DNA from: Octopus sinensis
Taxonomy: Eukaryota
NCBI RefSeq assembly: GCF_006345805.1
Contig: NC_043010.1
Coordinates: 44,020,001 to 44,084,000, forward strand
Reading direction: 5' to 3'
DNA: 64,000 nucleotides
A program made the position numbers and the translations under genes. The notes below the pieces were generated by a model, which did no database searches, was not told the origin of the DNA, and saw nothing but the letters and a program-made list of their open reading frames with translations. This document shows positions 1 through 11,125 of this stretch, piece by piece (the first letter of the stretch is position 1; the number at the start of each line of letters is the position of its first letter).

Positions 1-374
1 AAAATGAAGAGAGAATTCAAGAACACTCAGTACTGAACCTTTCAGGAAGAGCTGAGTGTATGGTTGAAGCAGGCCTCAAGTATACAAAGATTAGTTGAAT
101 TGGAGTGGAGAGAACTGCAGTGTTCGATAATTCAGAAAGACCTGAGGGTAAGATATATGCACAGGGCAGTGTGTGTGTGCATGCGTGCACTGTATTGTTG
201 TACCAAACACTTCATTTCATGTTGCTCTGTGATCACACTGGGCACCTGTATAGGGGGAGTAAACTTATGTGCAGCACAAACATTTGATCACTATAAACAA
301 ATCATTTGTGCAGATTGTTCAACAAGAAATTGTAGAATTGACTTTCTTGGAAATTGAGAAACTACCATTATATA

Positions 375-1354
375 CAGGGTGCAACAGTTTTTTGAGGACA
401 CCACTCTCAAGAGACCTAACTTTATTCTAACTAATTTTTTCATACCTTACTTTTCACATAAATAATGTCAGACATCAGGTTTCATCAGCAAATGATAAAG
501 GCATATTGTAATTGTTGCCTTAAAAACATAGTATAGTGATACGAAGATAACTTGCTTCCAGGAAGTTGCCTAATCTTTTGTTGTCAAAGTTCAAAAGGAG
601 CACATAACTTTGTACAAAATGTTCAAGAAATAATCAATAAAAACCTCAGAATGTCAATCAGAGCCATTACAAAGGGTCTCAAGGTTTCAAAATGCACCAT
701 CAGAAGAGTTGTGCATGAGGATATTCAGTTCAAGTTGTATGTGATGCAGAGCAGTCAGTTTATATAAGATATGGTAAGAAAGAATTGCTCGATCTGTGCA
801 AAGCACTTGCTAAACAAGTTAAAAAACAAAGAGGCTGGAACAACAAATGGTTATGCAGAGACCTGAATGAGGTTCCAACAGTCATGCATACTAAGTTCCC
901 AGCAACTGTGATGGTTTTGGGAGTTGTCAGCAATGAGGGAGATGGTATGCCTCCTCACTTTTTACGCAGGGCTTAAGAGTTAATGCTGCTGTCTACACAG
1001 AGGTGTTGGAGAAGGTTGTTAAGCCCTGGATACACAAGACTGCACCATCCCATAACAACAATCCAAGCAGAAATGTGTGCCTCTTAGCTCACCAGACCTC
1101 AATCCACTGGATTATTAAGTCTGCCATGACCAGCATTATGTCCAAAATTGATAAAGATCATCTGATTTGGGCATGTCACTGCTTCTGACCCCGTATTGAA
1201 ACAGCTATTGATGCTAATAGTGGATTCATTGAATATGATGAAAATATTCTCAAGATTATTTGTACCAATTTGTTTTCAAATAAAACTCTTCTTAGATGAG
1301 CTGTGTCTGTTTTTCAATTCATATAAATGACCTCAAAAAAACTAATACACCCTG
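375..1354 (+). mobile_element. Degenerate, internally deleted Tc1/mariner DNA transposon
   Basis: ~26-bp imperfect TIRs (CAGGGTGCAACAGTTTTTTGAGGACA / TGACCTCAAAAAAACTAATACACCCTG) flanked by TA. Broken transposase pieces: HTH-like SIRAITKGLKVSKCTIRRVVHEDI, then TKFPATVMVLGVVSNEGD and VLEKVVKPWI. Confidence 0.85.
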
Positions 1355-4098
1355 TATATATAAGTATATATATATACACATATGTGTATATATATAGAAT
1401 TTATATATACACATATATAAATTTTTGAGCCGCGATTTAAAATGTTTTTTTTTTTCCAGAATCGGAATCACAATAGCCGAAAACGTGGGATTCCGTAAAA
1501 AATTTCCTAAAAAGGGGAGGGATCCGTTTACGTTTCCTCCGTGTGTGGGGATGGGGCGCACAAGGCAGAGACAAAACCCCTAACTCTAACCCTAAACCTA
1601 AACACCAGGTGTATGTATTCTTTACTTTCGCCAAAGTCAAGTACCTAATGTATGGTAATCTTAGACTATAACGTACCGTTTTCATTTTCATTTACTAAGA
1701 TTTTATGGTTAAACTCCAGTTTCTGACACGGACAAAAAAAAAATGAAAACAGTGTAATAGATGTAAAACAACATGAAGTAAACGAATATTTTTGTTGATG
1801 ATCCTGACTTATAGATTTCAGCTTGTCTAGGATCACTGACTGTGTTCTGTAATTATTTAATTATTTCACGGATTAACTTTTCCATAAAAGTATTTTATTT
1901 GCTGTGAATGCAGGAGCTTCGAGGTGGTCGAGAATTAGCTCAAACTACGTAAATAATATTTCTTTCATTTGTTTTAAATTATTTTTGCTCGAACATTATT
2001 ATTATTATAATTGATATTAAATAAGTGCGAAGCTAAAAGGAAAGTTAAAAACTAGCGAAAGTGATAACTACGTCTTCACTCAAACCAAGTCAAGCTGGTT
2101 TTCTTTCATAAAATACTGAGGCACAGATCTAAAAAAAAAAAATTATTTCTTAGCATTCATCGATATTTACAATTATTATGAATCGCCACTATTATTACAA
2201 TGACACTATTAATCACGTTGAGTCGTGATGTTTATACCTTCTTGAAGGAACTATTAAATTAGGGAAACAGCTTCAGTTCAGTTCTCAGAAAATTTACCAC
2301 CACCTTACAGAATTCGTCATCCCATTTGTAATTCAGCGGAAACTGACATACAATGTACTTTGAACAGATTTTGTACGTTCGGAAAAAATTGATTCTGGAT
2401 AATGTATTATATCGTGTTAAAGCAAGAAAGAAATTACAGAAAGAGAAAATGAATTTTAAAAAATCTTACTTTTAGAAATTTCGTATCAGCTGCACTCTTC
2501 AGATCACTGTGAAGTTTTGTTTACACTGACTCTCTTTACCGGTGTTTACATAATTTCTACCCTCTTGTGACAGATTTCCAAATAACTACTATTTGATTTT
2601 TTTTGTCAACTGGGCATTATAGTGGTCCTCACTTATGAAAGTGCATAAGGCGATCCCTTATTGTGTGAATGAATGGACACTGGAGACAATAATATAAAGA
2701 AAGAATTAATATCAGGACAGTGAATTGGCAGAATGGCGAGGTCGTCGGTCAAAATACTTTAGTTACGGCTTTTCATGTTTTCTGTTCATATCTCGCTGAA
2801 GTTAACTTGGTCTGTTATTCCTCCAGGGTCTATAAAACAAAATACTGATCAAGTTCTGGGATCGATATAATTGATAACTATGAGAGGCTCGGGATCTGGA
2901 GAGCCAAAGGAGACTTGTGGCCGGCTCCTGGGTCCTTCCTTAAAAGAAAAAAGAAAAAGCTTATCAATATTGAATTTCGAAAATCCCCTCACCGACTTCA
3001 TCTTGAGGCCTGAAAATAGGTTCTGCATTGTCAAAATTCCTTCAGAGACCCTGGACTAACACCTTCCCCCAAAAAAGTGCTGGTTTTGTGCTTATGCTAG
3101 AAACATTTGATAGGCAGAATCGTTGGAGAAATGGACAAATTACAGCTCTTAACATGCTGAATTCAAATTCCACTGCAATCAACTTTGCCTTTTACACTTC
3201 TAAGGCCAATAGTATAAAGTACCAATCAATTGCTTGAGTCAATATAATCAACAATTTTCCACGGAGGCTGTCCTCTCAACTAATAGGTTGCTGGGGGTGC
3301 TGCTGGATGGCAGACTCTGCTGATGATATTATACTACGCTTTCTGATCCATGGCACTAGCCTTAACATGCTCAAGGTTGAGATGCTGCGATTTCAGGTCT
3401 TCTTCAATTTGTTTTGCCCATGTCCTTGTAGCGTAGACTCAGTTGAAATTCCTCTCTCCATTTATTATATATATGTAGTGGATCTTGCATGCATGAAGTG
3501 GATTCGATCCACCATAGCCAAATTTAAATTAACACTGCAACAGAACTTTTCCCATGGTGGAACAATGGTTTTTCTCTGACAGCAGTTTTACATTTTCCAG
3601 CTGCCTTTAGCTGGCTGAAATAATGTCTTTAGACCCTTTCTAACCTCTTCTACTTCACCAAAAGCTAGAAGAGAGATATCAAGATCACCAACTAAGACTA
3701 TTGTTCTCAATGATATATCTATCCTTCTGGATAGTTATAAAAGCAAGAACACCCCAAGCAAAAATCAGTTGGTGACGACTCAATGAGTCCAGCCACAAGG
3801 TGATGACTCAACCAGTGACTACGAAGTCTGGCTGACCAGCTAGAACCTTGGTCAGAGGGAGAAACGGAGTTTACTGTCAGCAACTATGAGACAACACCCT
3901 ACAACTCTCACTAGCTCTAATTCTGTTCTCTTACAACATCATTACATCTCTCTCAGTAATTACTACTAAACAATGAAGAGGACACAAACACAAACTTTAC
4001 TTCGCATGTTTTTGGATTTATCATAACTTGCTCATCGAGGCAAGGTATTGTAATGTAATGGTAAATAAACATTTCCTTAAAAATTCATGCATTGTTTA

Positions 4099-5401
4099 TG
4101 TGGGATGACGTCAGCAGCTGGGGAGCTGACTGCAAGGGGCAGCTGGGTCACGCGCGCAGCGAGCGGCAATTTTTGCCTTTTTTCAACTCAGGTCGTCGCG
4201 GGGTTAAGACGGGTGATCACGTTGTTAAGGTTGGGTGAAGCAGCTGCTATCTCTAGCGTTGGGTCGGGCTGTGTCGAAGGATCCGTTACCGCTGAAGGGT
4301 CTCCATCAGAGCAAAGAGAAGGTAGGTGCCTTTATTTCGAATCTCTCGCACACACCACAAGCTATTTCGGCACTCCATATAAGTCGTCGCCACGATGGCA
4401 GCGAAAATCAGGATCGCCAGTGACATCATCTGATCCTTTAATGGTGAAGGCGATGTAGTGGCCTGGATTCGTAAAATCAGGCTGGTGGCAAGACTGCAAG
4501 GTATAAGCGATGTGGCAAGTCCTATTTAGAAGGGAGCGCGTTGACGCTATATCTTGAGATGGAGGAGGAGGAACGCCTGAGCAAGGAAAAGATAGAGCAA
4601 CGTTTGCGGGATGCCTACACAGAGTGTGAATACACAGCTTTTGCTAAGCTGGGTACGGTGAGATGGACAGTCAAGGCCATAGCGGAAAGAGGGCACGTTT
4701 CGCCGCTTGAAGCAGTTTTTTGGTACAACTTGTCTCCCCGATCCAGACAAGCTGAGGAATCTGTGCCGCAGAGAGCTGTATTTAAATATGAATGGAGGAA
4801 CCCGAGCAAAGTGCCGGAGGGCCACAAGGAAGAGAAGGGACCCGTTTGCATGAAAATAGGGGAGGAAGTCTGGGTTAAGCCACCAAAGGCGCGCTGTATG
4901 TCTCAATGGAGCAGAGGAACGGTGACAGTGGTCAATTCCAGAAACAATGTCTCCGTGGATGGAATTCTGCGACACGTCTTGGACCTTCGCAGGATTGTCG
5001 CTTCGACGGACGACGATTGTGGAGAGGGGGAGAATGAGATGCCCAGCTTGAGAAGATCTCACGCACAAGGCGCCCTCCTAGTTGGATGGTGGACTACGAC
5101 ATAGAGTAGAGAGAGTGTGATCTTTAAGATCAGGGTGGCGTGTGGGATGACGTCAGCAGCTGGGGAGTTGACTGGAAGGGCAGGCGGGATGCGCGCGCAG
5201 CGAGCGGCGATTTCTGCCTTTTTTCAACTCAGGTCGTTGCGGGGTTAAGACGGGTGATCATGTTGTTAAGGTTGGGTGAAGCAGCTGCTATCTCTAGCGT
5301 TCGGGTCGGGCTGTGTCGAAGTATCCGTTACCGCTGAAGGGTCTCCATCAGAGCGAAGAGAAGGTAGGTGCCTTTATTTTGAACCTCTTGCACACACCAC
5401 A
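4099..5401 (+). mobile_element. Internally deleted Ty3/Gypsy-like LTR retrotransposon (TRIM-sized, 1.3 kb)
   Basis: Two 261-bp LTRs (4099-4359, 5141-5401), each TGT...ACA. 5-bp TSD GTTTA (4094-4098 / 5402-5406). Purine-rich tract before the 3' LTR. Internal gag and integrase C-terminal remnants. Confidence 0.9.
4395..5104 (+). pseudogene. gag N-terminus fused to integrase C-terminus (LTR element remnant)
   Basis: ATG 4395 reads MAAKIRIASDII*SFNGEGDVVAWIRKIRLVARLQ (stop at 4431), then a frameshift. ORF 4541-5104 runs from gag-like LYLEMEEE..IEQRLRDAY..AFAKL..RWT directly into integrase-tail-like VKAIAER..AVFWYNLSP..IGEEVWVKPP..WSRGTV..RHVLDLRR. Confidence 0.7.
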
Positions 5402-7277
5402 GTTTATCTTTCACATCCTACAGTATGCCGTTATAATAACAAATTTTTATTGTTACAACTGCTGACTCCAACATTTCATATTATTGTGTACCTCAAGAAT
5501 ATTACCCTTTACAATTGGTGACCCTCGACTTCAACTAAAAACTATTGTTGCACACACACAAACACACACATATATATGTGCATTTGAACGTAGCAGGGAA
5601 CAGCTAGCATTTGGCCACTATTTGGATCCCGTTGTGTCCACTACTCTGACTGGTTGGTATTGGGGCAATTTGTCTCTTACTTAATTGCGCCAATTTGCCA
5701 TGTATAACCATTCAGAGGCCCTAAATAGGATCACATGGGACAATCTTTTACTACCCTGTTTTTGAGCCTACAGTTCCTTATAAAAACTCACCTTTTCCTC
5801 TTTCTGGCATCTTTGGTTCCAGATTTTTTAAGGTCTAGCCACTGACCACAAAGATACAGCTAGTTCCAGCGACAATGCCAGACAACACCACCAGAGAAGC
5901 TATGTTGAGACTCACCAAATTCGTCCAACAGTATTATGGCAACCTTCATCTTCATTGCCATCATCATGTCCTTCTTAACGTCATCAACATCATCTCTCTA
6001 CGTACACAGCTCAGCAAGCAATTCACCCAGGTTCCAACACTTCACTGTTCGTGAATTACTTCACCATGGATCAACAGCAAATATACAACCTGCAAGAACT
6101 CCTGTATCAAGTGACCCAGGCAGCAGCATCACAATCTTGACTTCACGTACATGTACCTGTAACCGGCTCAGCACCATGGCTGTGACCTCTTGATACAGTA
6201 TTTCAACTGTGTAAAAACGACCATAAACTGGTATTATTCATCTTTCTTGTGTCTATGAACTTCTCACTTCGATGGCTGTAGACTCTTTCATTGCCATCCT
6301 TATATATTCTTAACATGCTCATACATCTATGCTTACACACACACATACTTTGTTCTCATGGCAGCCTGTCTATTATTCTGTATACATGACACACACACAG
6401 ATACACATGTTAACATATCAATAAATATTCTCATAATCATTCTCATGCAATTGTGTCTCCTTTTTCCATCTGGCAAATAAATGGTTCTATCAGTTTTCTC
6501 TTTTATTGTAATGGGCATGTGATGTAGTACTAAAGAGCCATTCTCTTCATCTCACATTGCCTGGTCCCTTACATCTTCTTTGGTGCACTGTGCTGAATTT
6601 TCCTGTGTTGGGGGTTGCTGTCACCACAAAAGTTGGTGTGGTAGTCTTCCAGTGCTCATCCTGAAGACGTGGCAAAACCACTATAGCCTGTGCTGCTGGT
6701 CTTGGTCTTTAATAGCGGATGTTGTTGTTTGAGATTCAGTTGCATAGATATCTTGTACAACATTGCCTGCTTCATTTTGCCTTATGGTCTCAGAATCAAT
6801 GTGGACAAGATGAAAGTTCTAACAACAGATGTCTTGCCAGCCTGTGTGTCTTGATGGCATTCAGATGGAGATTCTTTTCTTTAGTTATTGAAATGACTTC
6901 AGTACTCTGATAAAACTTAGCATGTAAACCTTTCTGTCCATATCATTGCTTTTAAACTCTGAGAACTTTTCTTTCCTTCTCCTAACATCTTTTTACATAT
7001 TGCTCTTAGGTTATTGAGCTTTTCATTGTTATTTCATTCAAGTTGATCTAATATCTTAATATTATTATCCTATTAAAATTAATATTATTATCCTATTAAT
7101 TCTATCTTCTTGTCACACCAATCATCCTGCCATGTTCTCAACTTTATTTCCTCTCCATTCAACTCACTATTCTCTTCTCTCTGATAGTTTAACACTTCCT
7201 CTGTCAATCTTTCATTTACATTACCATTATCTTCACTGTTATCCTCTGCTGAGTTTTCTATTTAATAACCAAAATCA

Positions 7278-7830
7278 GTACTAGTTGAGTTCTGATGTTG
7301 ATGTAATCAACTAGTCCCCTCCCACAAAATTGTGTCTATAGTAGAAAGGATTATCATTACTACCACTGCTGCTGCTACTACCACTAAGGCGATGAGCTGG
7401 CAAAAGTGTTAGCATGCTGGGCAAAATACTTAGTAGTATTTTGTCTGTCGTATTCTGAGTTCAAATTCTGCCAAGGTCAACTTTGCCTTTCATCCTTTTA
7501 GGGTCAATAAAATAAGTACCAGTTACGCACTGGGGTCGATATAATCAACTAGACCCCTCCCACAAAATTGTGTCTATAGTAGAAAGGATTATCATTACTA
7601 CCACTGCTGCTACTACTACTACTTAGGCAATGAGCTGGCAAAAACGTTAGCATGCTGGGCAAAATGCTTAGCAGTATTTTGTCTGTCATATTCTGAGTTC
7701 AAACTCTGTCAAGGTCAACTTTGCCTTTTATCCTTTTAGGGTCAATAAAATAAGTACCAGTTGAGTCCTGGGGTTGATGTAATCGACTTACCACTTCCCT
7801 GAAATTGCTGGCCTTGTGCCAAAATTTGAG
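7278..7830 (+). repeat. Head-to-tail tandem duplication (~238-bp period) of a tRNA-derived SINE
   Basis: Units starting ~7311 and ~7549 share SINE head, core (GCCTTTCATCC...AATAAGTACCAG) and the same private spacer CCCACAAAATTGTGTCTATAGTAGAAAGGATTATCATTACTACC. Confidence 0.85.
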
Positions 7831-8053
7831 CTCGTTATTATTATTAGTAAGGCAGTGAGCTGGCAGAATTATTTCAGTGCCAGACAAAATTGTAAATTGG
7901 CAGATCTCAAAATGTCTTTGTTTTTGTATTTGGTTTGCAAGATTCTTTATGTGAATTCATGCATTCAAACAAATTTTGTGTATTGGCAGAGTCATTATCC
8001 CAATACTAGTAACACATGTACTAGTTCAATTCTACTCCTATATTATTATTAAT

Positions 8054-8270
8054 CATCATCATCATCATTTAGCGTCCGCTTTCCATGCTAGCATGGGTTG
8101 GACTGTTCAACTGAGGTCTGGGAGGCCAGAAGGCTGCACCAGGCCCAGTCTGATCTGGCAATGTTTCTACGGCTGGATGCCCTTCCTAACGCCAACCACT
8201 CTGTGAGTGTAGTGGGTGCTGGCAAATGGCCACGGTTGGATGGTGCTTTTTACGTGACACCGGCACAGGG
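8054..8270 (-). mobile_element. SINE 3' portion with (GAT)n tail
   Basis: CATCAT..CGTCCGCTTTCCATGCTAGCATGGGTTGGAC..GGATGCCCTTCCTAACGCCAACCAC motif, also at 19014-19128, 46446-46720, 49905-50082, 56010-56290, 57445-57588 and 61541-61620. Confidence 0.8.
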
Positions 8271-8559
8271 CCAGCAACTGGTTAAATATCTATCCAACTA
8301 ACTAATCGATCATTTGGTCAACTTGTTGGTTAAAAGTTTTTTGTTTTTTTTTTGATGTTCGTCAAAGCTCTTTCGTTGCCATTCACAACCTTTTCTACTT
8401 TGCTACAGAGGCCATGTTTACCTGTCTGAAATATTGTTGCTTGAAAGCAACCTGAAAAAGGATGCAAATTGTGATGAAAGAACTTTAACCAAAAAAAAAA
8501 AAAAACAATTGACTAATACTAGAGTGGAATTGAACTGGTGCATATGTTAATATTGGCAT

Positions 8560-9560
8560 AGGTTCCTCCTAGATACATCAATATATATCGTTCTCAGAAA
8601 ACTATCTTTAGTGCATGCCTCAATCACTTCTTTTTTAAGTATTTCACAATGTCAGCATAACTTCCAGTCTAAGTCCCAATTGTTATGGTTCTGAATATAT
8701 TTTCTTTGCTAAGACTCAACAGCCAGAGACAATGTGGTTATTTATTTCTTCCCTGTCACCACATATCCTATAGTTACTGCCTCATAGTAAGTCTTTAGTG
8801 GCTTTTGGTGGTGGTGGGCTTTGATCCTGTACTACAATAATAAAATCCTTCGGTTTCAGCTTTGAATCTTGTACTTCTCAGCCAGTGTTGAGACTTTTCC
8901 TTGTCTACTTCCACTTTATTCCATTTTTTCAGGTATTGGCCATGGAGGGGCTTTTCTTGCAATTACTTTATCATAGCATTCTGTAGCCCCCATTTTTAGC
9001 TTAGATGTTTATCTTTTCACAATTTGTGTTGTTTCCCCTTTTCTTCATAACTGTCACTTTAGACCCTGTTTTGCATTTGTTGGCTTCTTTGAATAGAAAA
9101 GTTATTTTGTTCATGTTTTGTAACTACTTGATATTAATTTTCCAAGATTCTTGCCTGGATACTTTTGTTGTCCTACAATGAATATTCTTTAATAGTTTTC
9201 TGATAGTGGTAAATATAGTCTGTCAGATTTTCGATGGTTTATTCTAGATCTCATTGTTTTTACTTTTTCTGTCTAGACTTGCTAGTTTGTTTAGCACCCA
9301 ATTGAGAATATAATAACTGTAACAATTACTGGGTCAGCTGAAATATTCATGCCTATTACCTTTTGTGCATTTGTTTTAAGTATTAATCTGAGCCTATAAT
9401 ATTCCTTCCTAATCTTTTCTTTAATTTGTGTGAGTTATGTATTGATTCTTTAGTATTTGTATTTGGTCTAATTCTCTTCATTTAACATGATTTTTGTGTA
9501 CTTATTTAATTTTCTCCCCTTCAAAGTTACCTCAGTGCATTTCTGTAACAGGAATCTCAT
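8560..9560 (-). mobile_element. Degenerate REL-endonuclease (R4/Dong-like) non-LTR retrotransposon fragment
   Basis: Minus strand ~8700-8770 reads RICGDREEINNHIVSGC*VLAKK, resembling the CCHC knuckle of REL-clade LINEs. Boundaries approximate. Confidence 0.55.
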
Positions 9561-10993
9561 AAAAATTTCCCTGGTAAATCTATGTAATTGAGGCCAGCCA
9601 TATGCAAAAGATGGTTGATTGTCTAACCATAACTTTTGTATACAAGTCCAATCCTGTTTAACATGTCAGTGCCAAACAGAAAAGGAGCAGAGAAAGGGAG
9701 TCCAATTGGAATAGTTCTTTTCTATGGGTTTCATTTTTATAATTCTGTCTTTTTGCCTGTATTTGCAAAATTATTTGCTGTTTGCTATTTTATATATCTT
9801 CTTATTATTGGTGTTAGGTTCCTTAAAACTGGAAATTTGAAACCTCTCACATGTGATGTCTGTGCAGGCAAGCTATCAAATGCCAAAATTTTAGGATATC
9901 TTCAGTAGCAAAAGCATGCCATTGAGAATTCAGTGCAGATTGGCAGGACATGTTCAAATGCAAGAATGCAAGGGATTCTACAGTAAAGACTTGTCCTTGG
10001 GTATAAGGATAAGTTGAAACAATCACTAAAATCCCTACACCTTAATTTAACATCTTGGGCAAGTTATTGCATAGATCAATCTGAGTGGCATAAAATGTGT
10101 CATGATGCATCTAAACAATCTGAATTGAACAAACAGAACAATAAAATAATTATATCCTGCAATCAATAGATGCATTTGTTCAATCTCAGGCAAAATCAAA
10201 ATCATTATTGTCCCCATTGACTTCATAGTAAAATCTATACCTGGACTCAAATTACATTCATGCATCCATCACAAATAGATGTTGTTTCTTTTATTTTTAA
10301 CCCTTTTTCTTTTTTTAAATATTTTCCTTCAAACACCCATCCATCAAAATCAACTAGAGTGACCATTATTATTATTATTATTATTATGATTATTATTATT
10401 ATAGAATGAGCATATGTGGCAAGCACAGCTCCATGGTGAATTTGGATTTATTTCATTGTACTTAATAAATAAAAAAGTTTTTATTTTGTTATTACCTTGC
10501 AAATAGAAAACTTTGGAATAGTTTGGTGCCTGCTCTGTTTATCTTGGGATTGAAAGTTATGTTCTGTTCTTCAACATTTTATAAACATTCATTTATTAGT
10601 TATTCAGGATGGCTTCTTCTTCCCAGGTAGCCACAAGTATGGTAGCACAGATAAACCCCCAAGGAAAAAAAAGATTGTGGAAGTATTAACATAAGACAAA
10701 TGAAAAAAAAATAAACAGTATCAAACAAGAAGACAACTAACAGTCAAACGTTAAAAAAGTTTCTATTTATGTAAAAATAAAATCTTTCTAACATTCTTCC
10801 ATCCAGTTATGTTTATTGATGTTATGCATTGGACATAATGATGATGATGATAATTGAATCATTGTGATTCTATTGAATCATTGTGTCATCAAAACACAGA
10901 TTTAATAAGAACATTTTGATAGTCTGAGGATTGTGAATTTAACACCAAAAAAATATCAATACAACAAAAAAAATTAAATTTTACAGGTATTAT

Positions 10994-11125
10994 TTATTTT
11001 GGAAGCCTTCGTAACTCATGGGACAGCCATGTTGCAAAGGAGAGTAGAACCAGTGATCCAGATTGATGAGTAGCAGCTAATGGTGTTTCTACATAAGTCA
11101 GCAGGGTTCCGATACCCAGTCCAAT
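10994..11125 (-). CDS. COX15: COX15 exon 9 (terminal coding exon)
   Basis: ttacag|[46 protein letters not shown]; candidate AATAAA on the minus strand at 10812-10817. Confidence 0.96.
   Translation of the reverse strand: MGLGIGTLLTYVETPLAATHQSGSLVLLSFATWLSHELRRLPK

Noticed and set aside
64-357. 97-aa Cys-rich ORF
   Set aside because: Non-ATG start, includes (GT)n, no recognisable motif.
1914-1948. 35-nt exon-like segment (tgcag|...|gtaaat)
   Set aside because: No partner exons or recognisable protein; could be chance.
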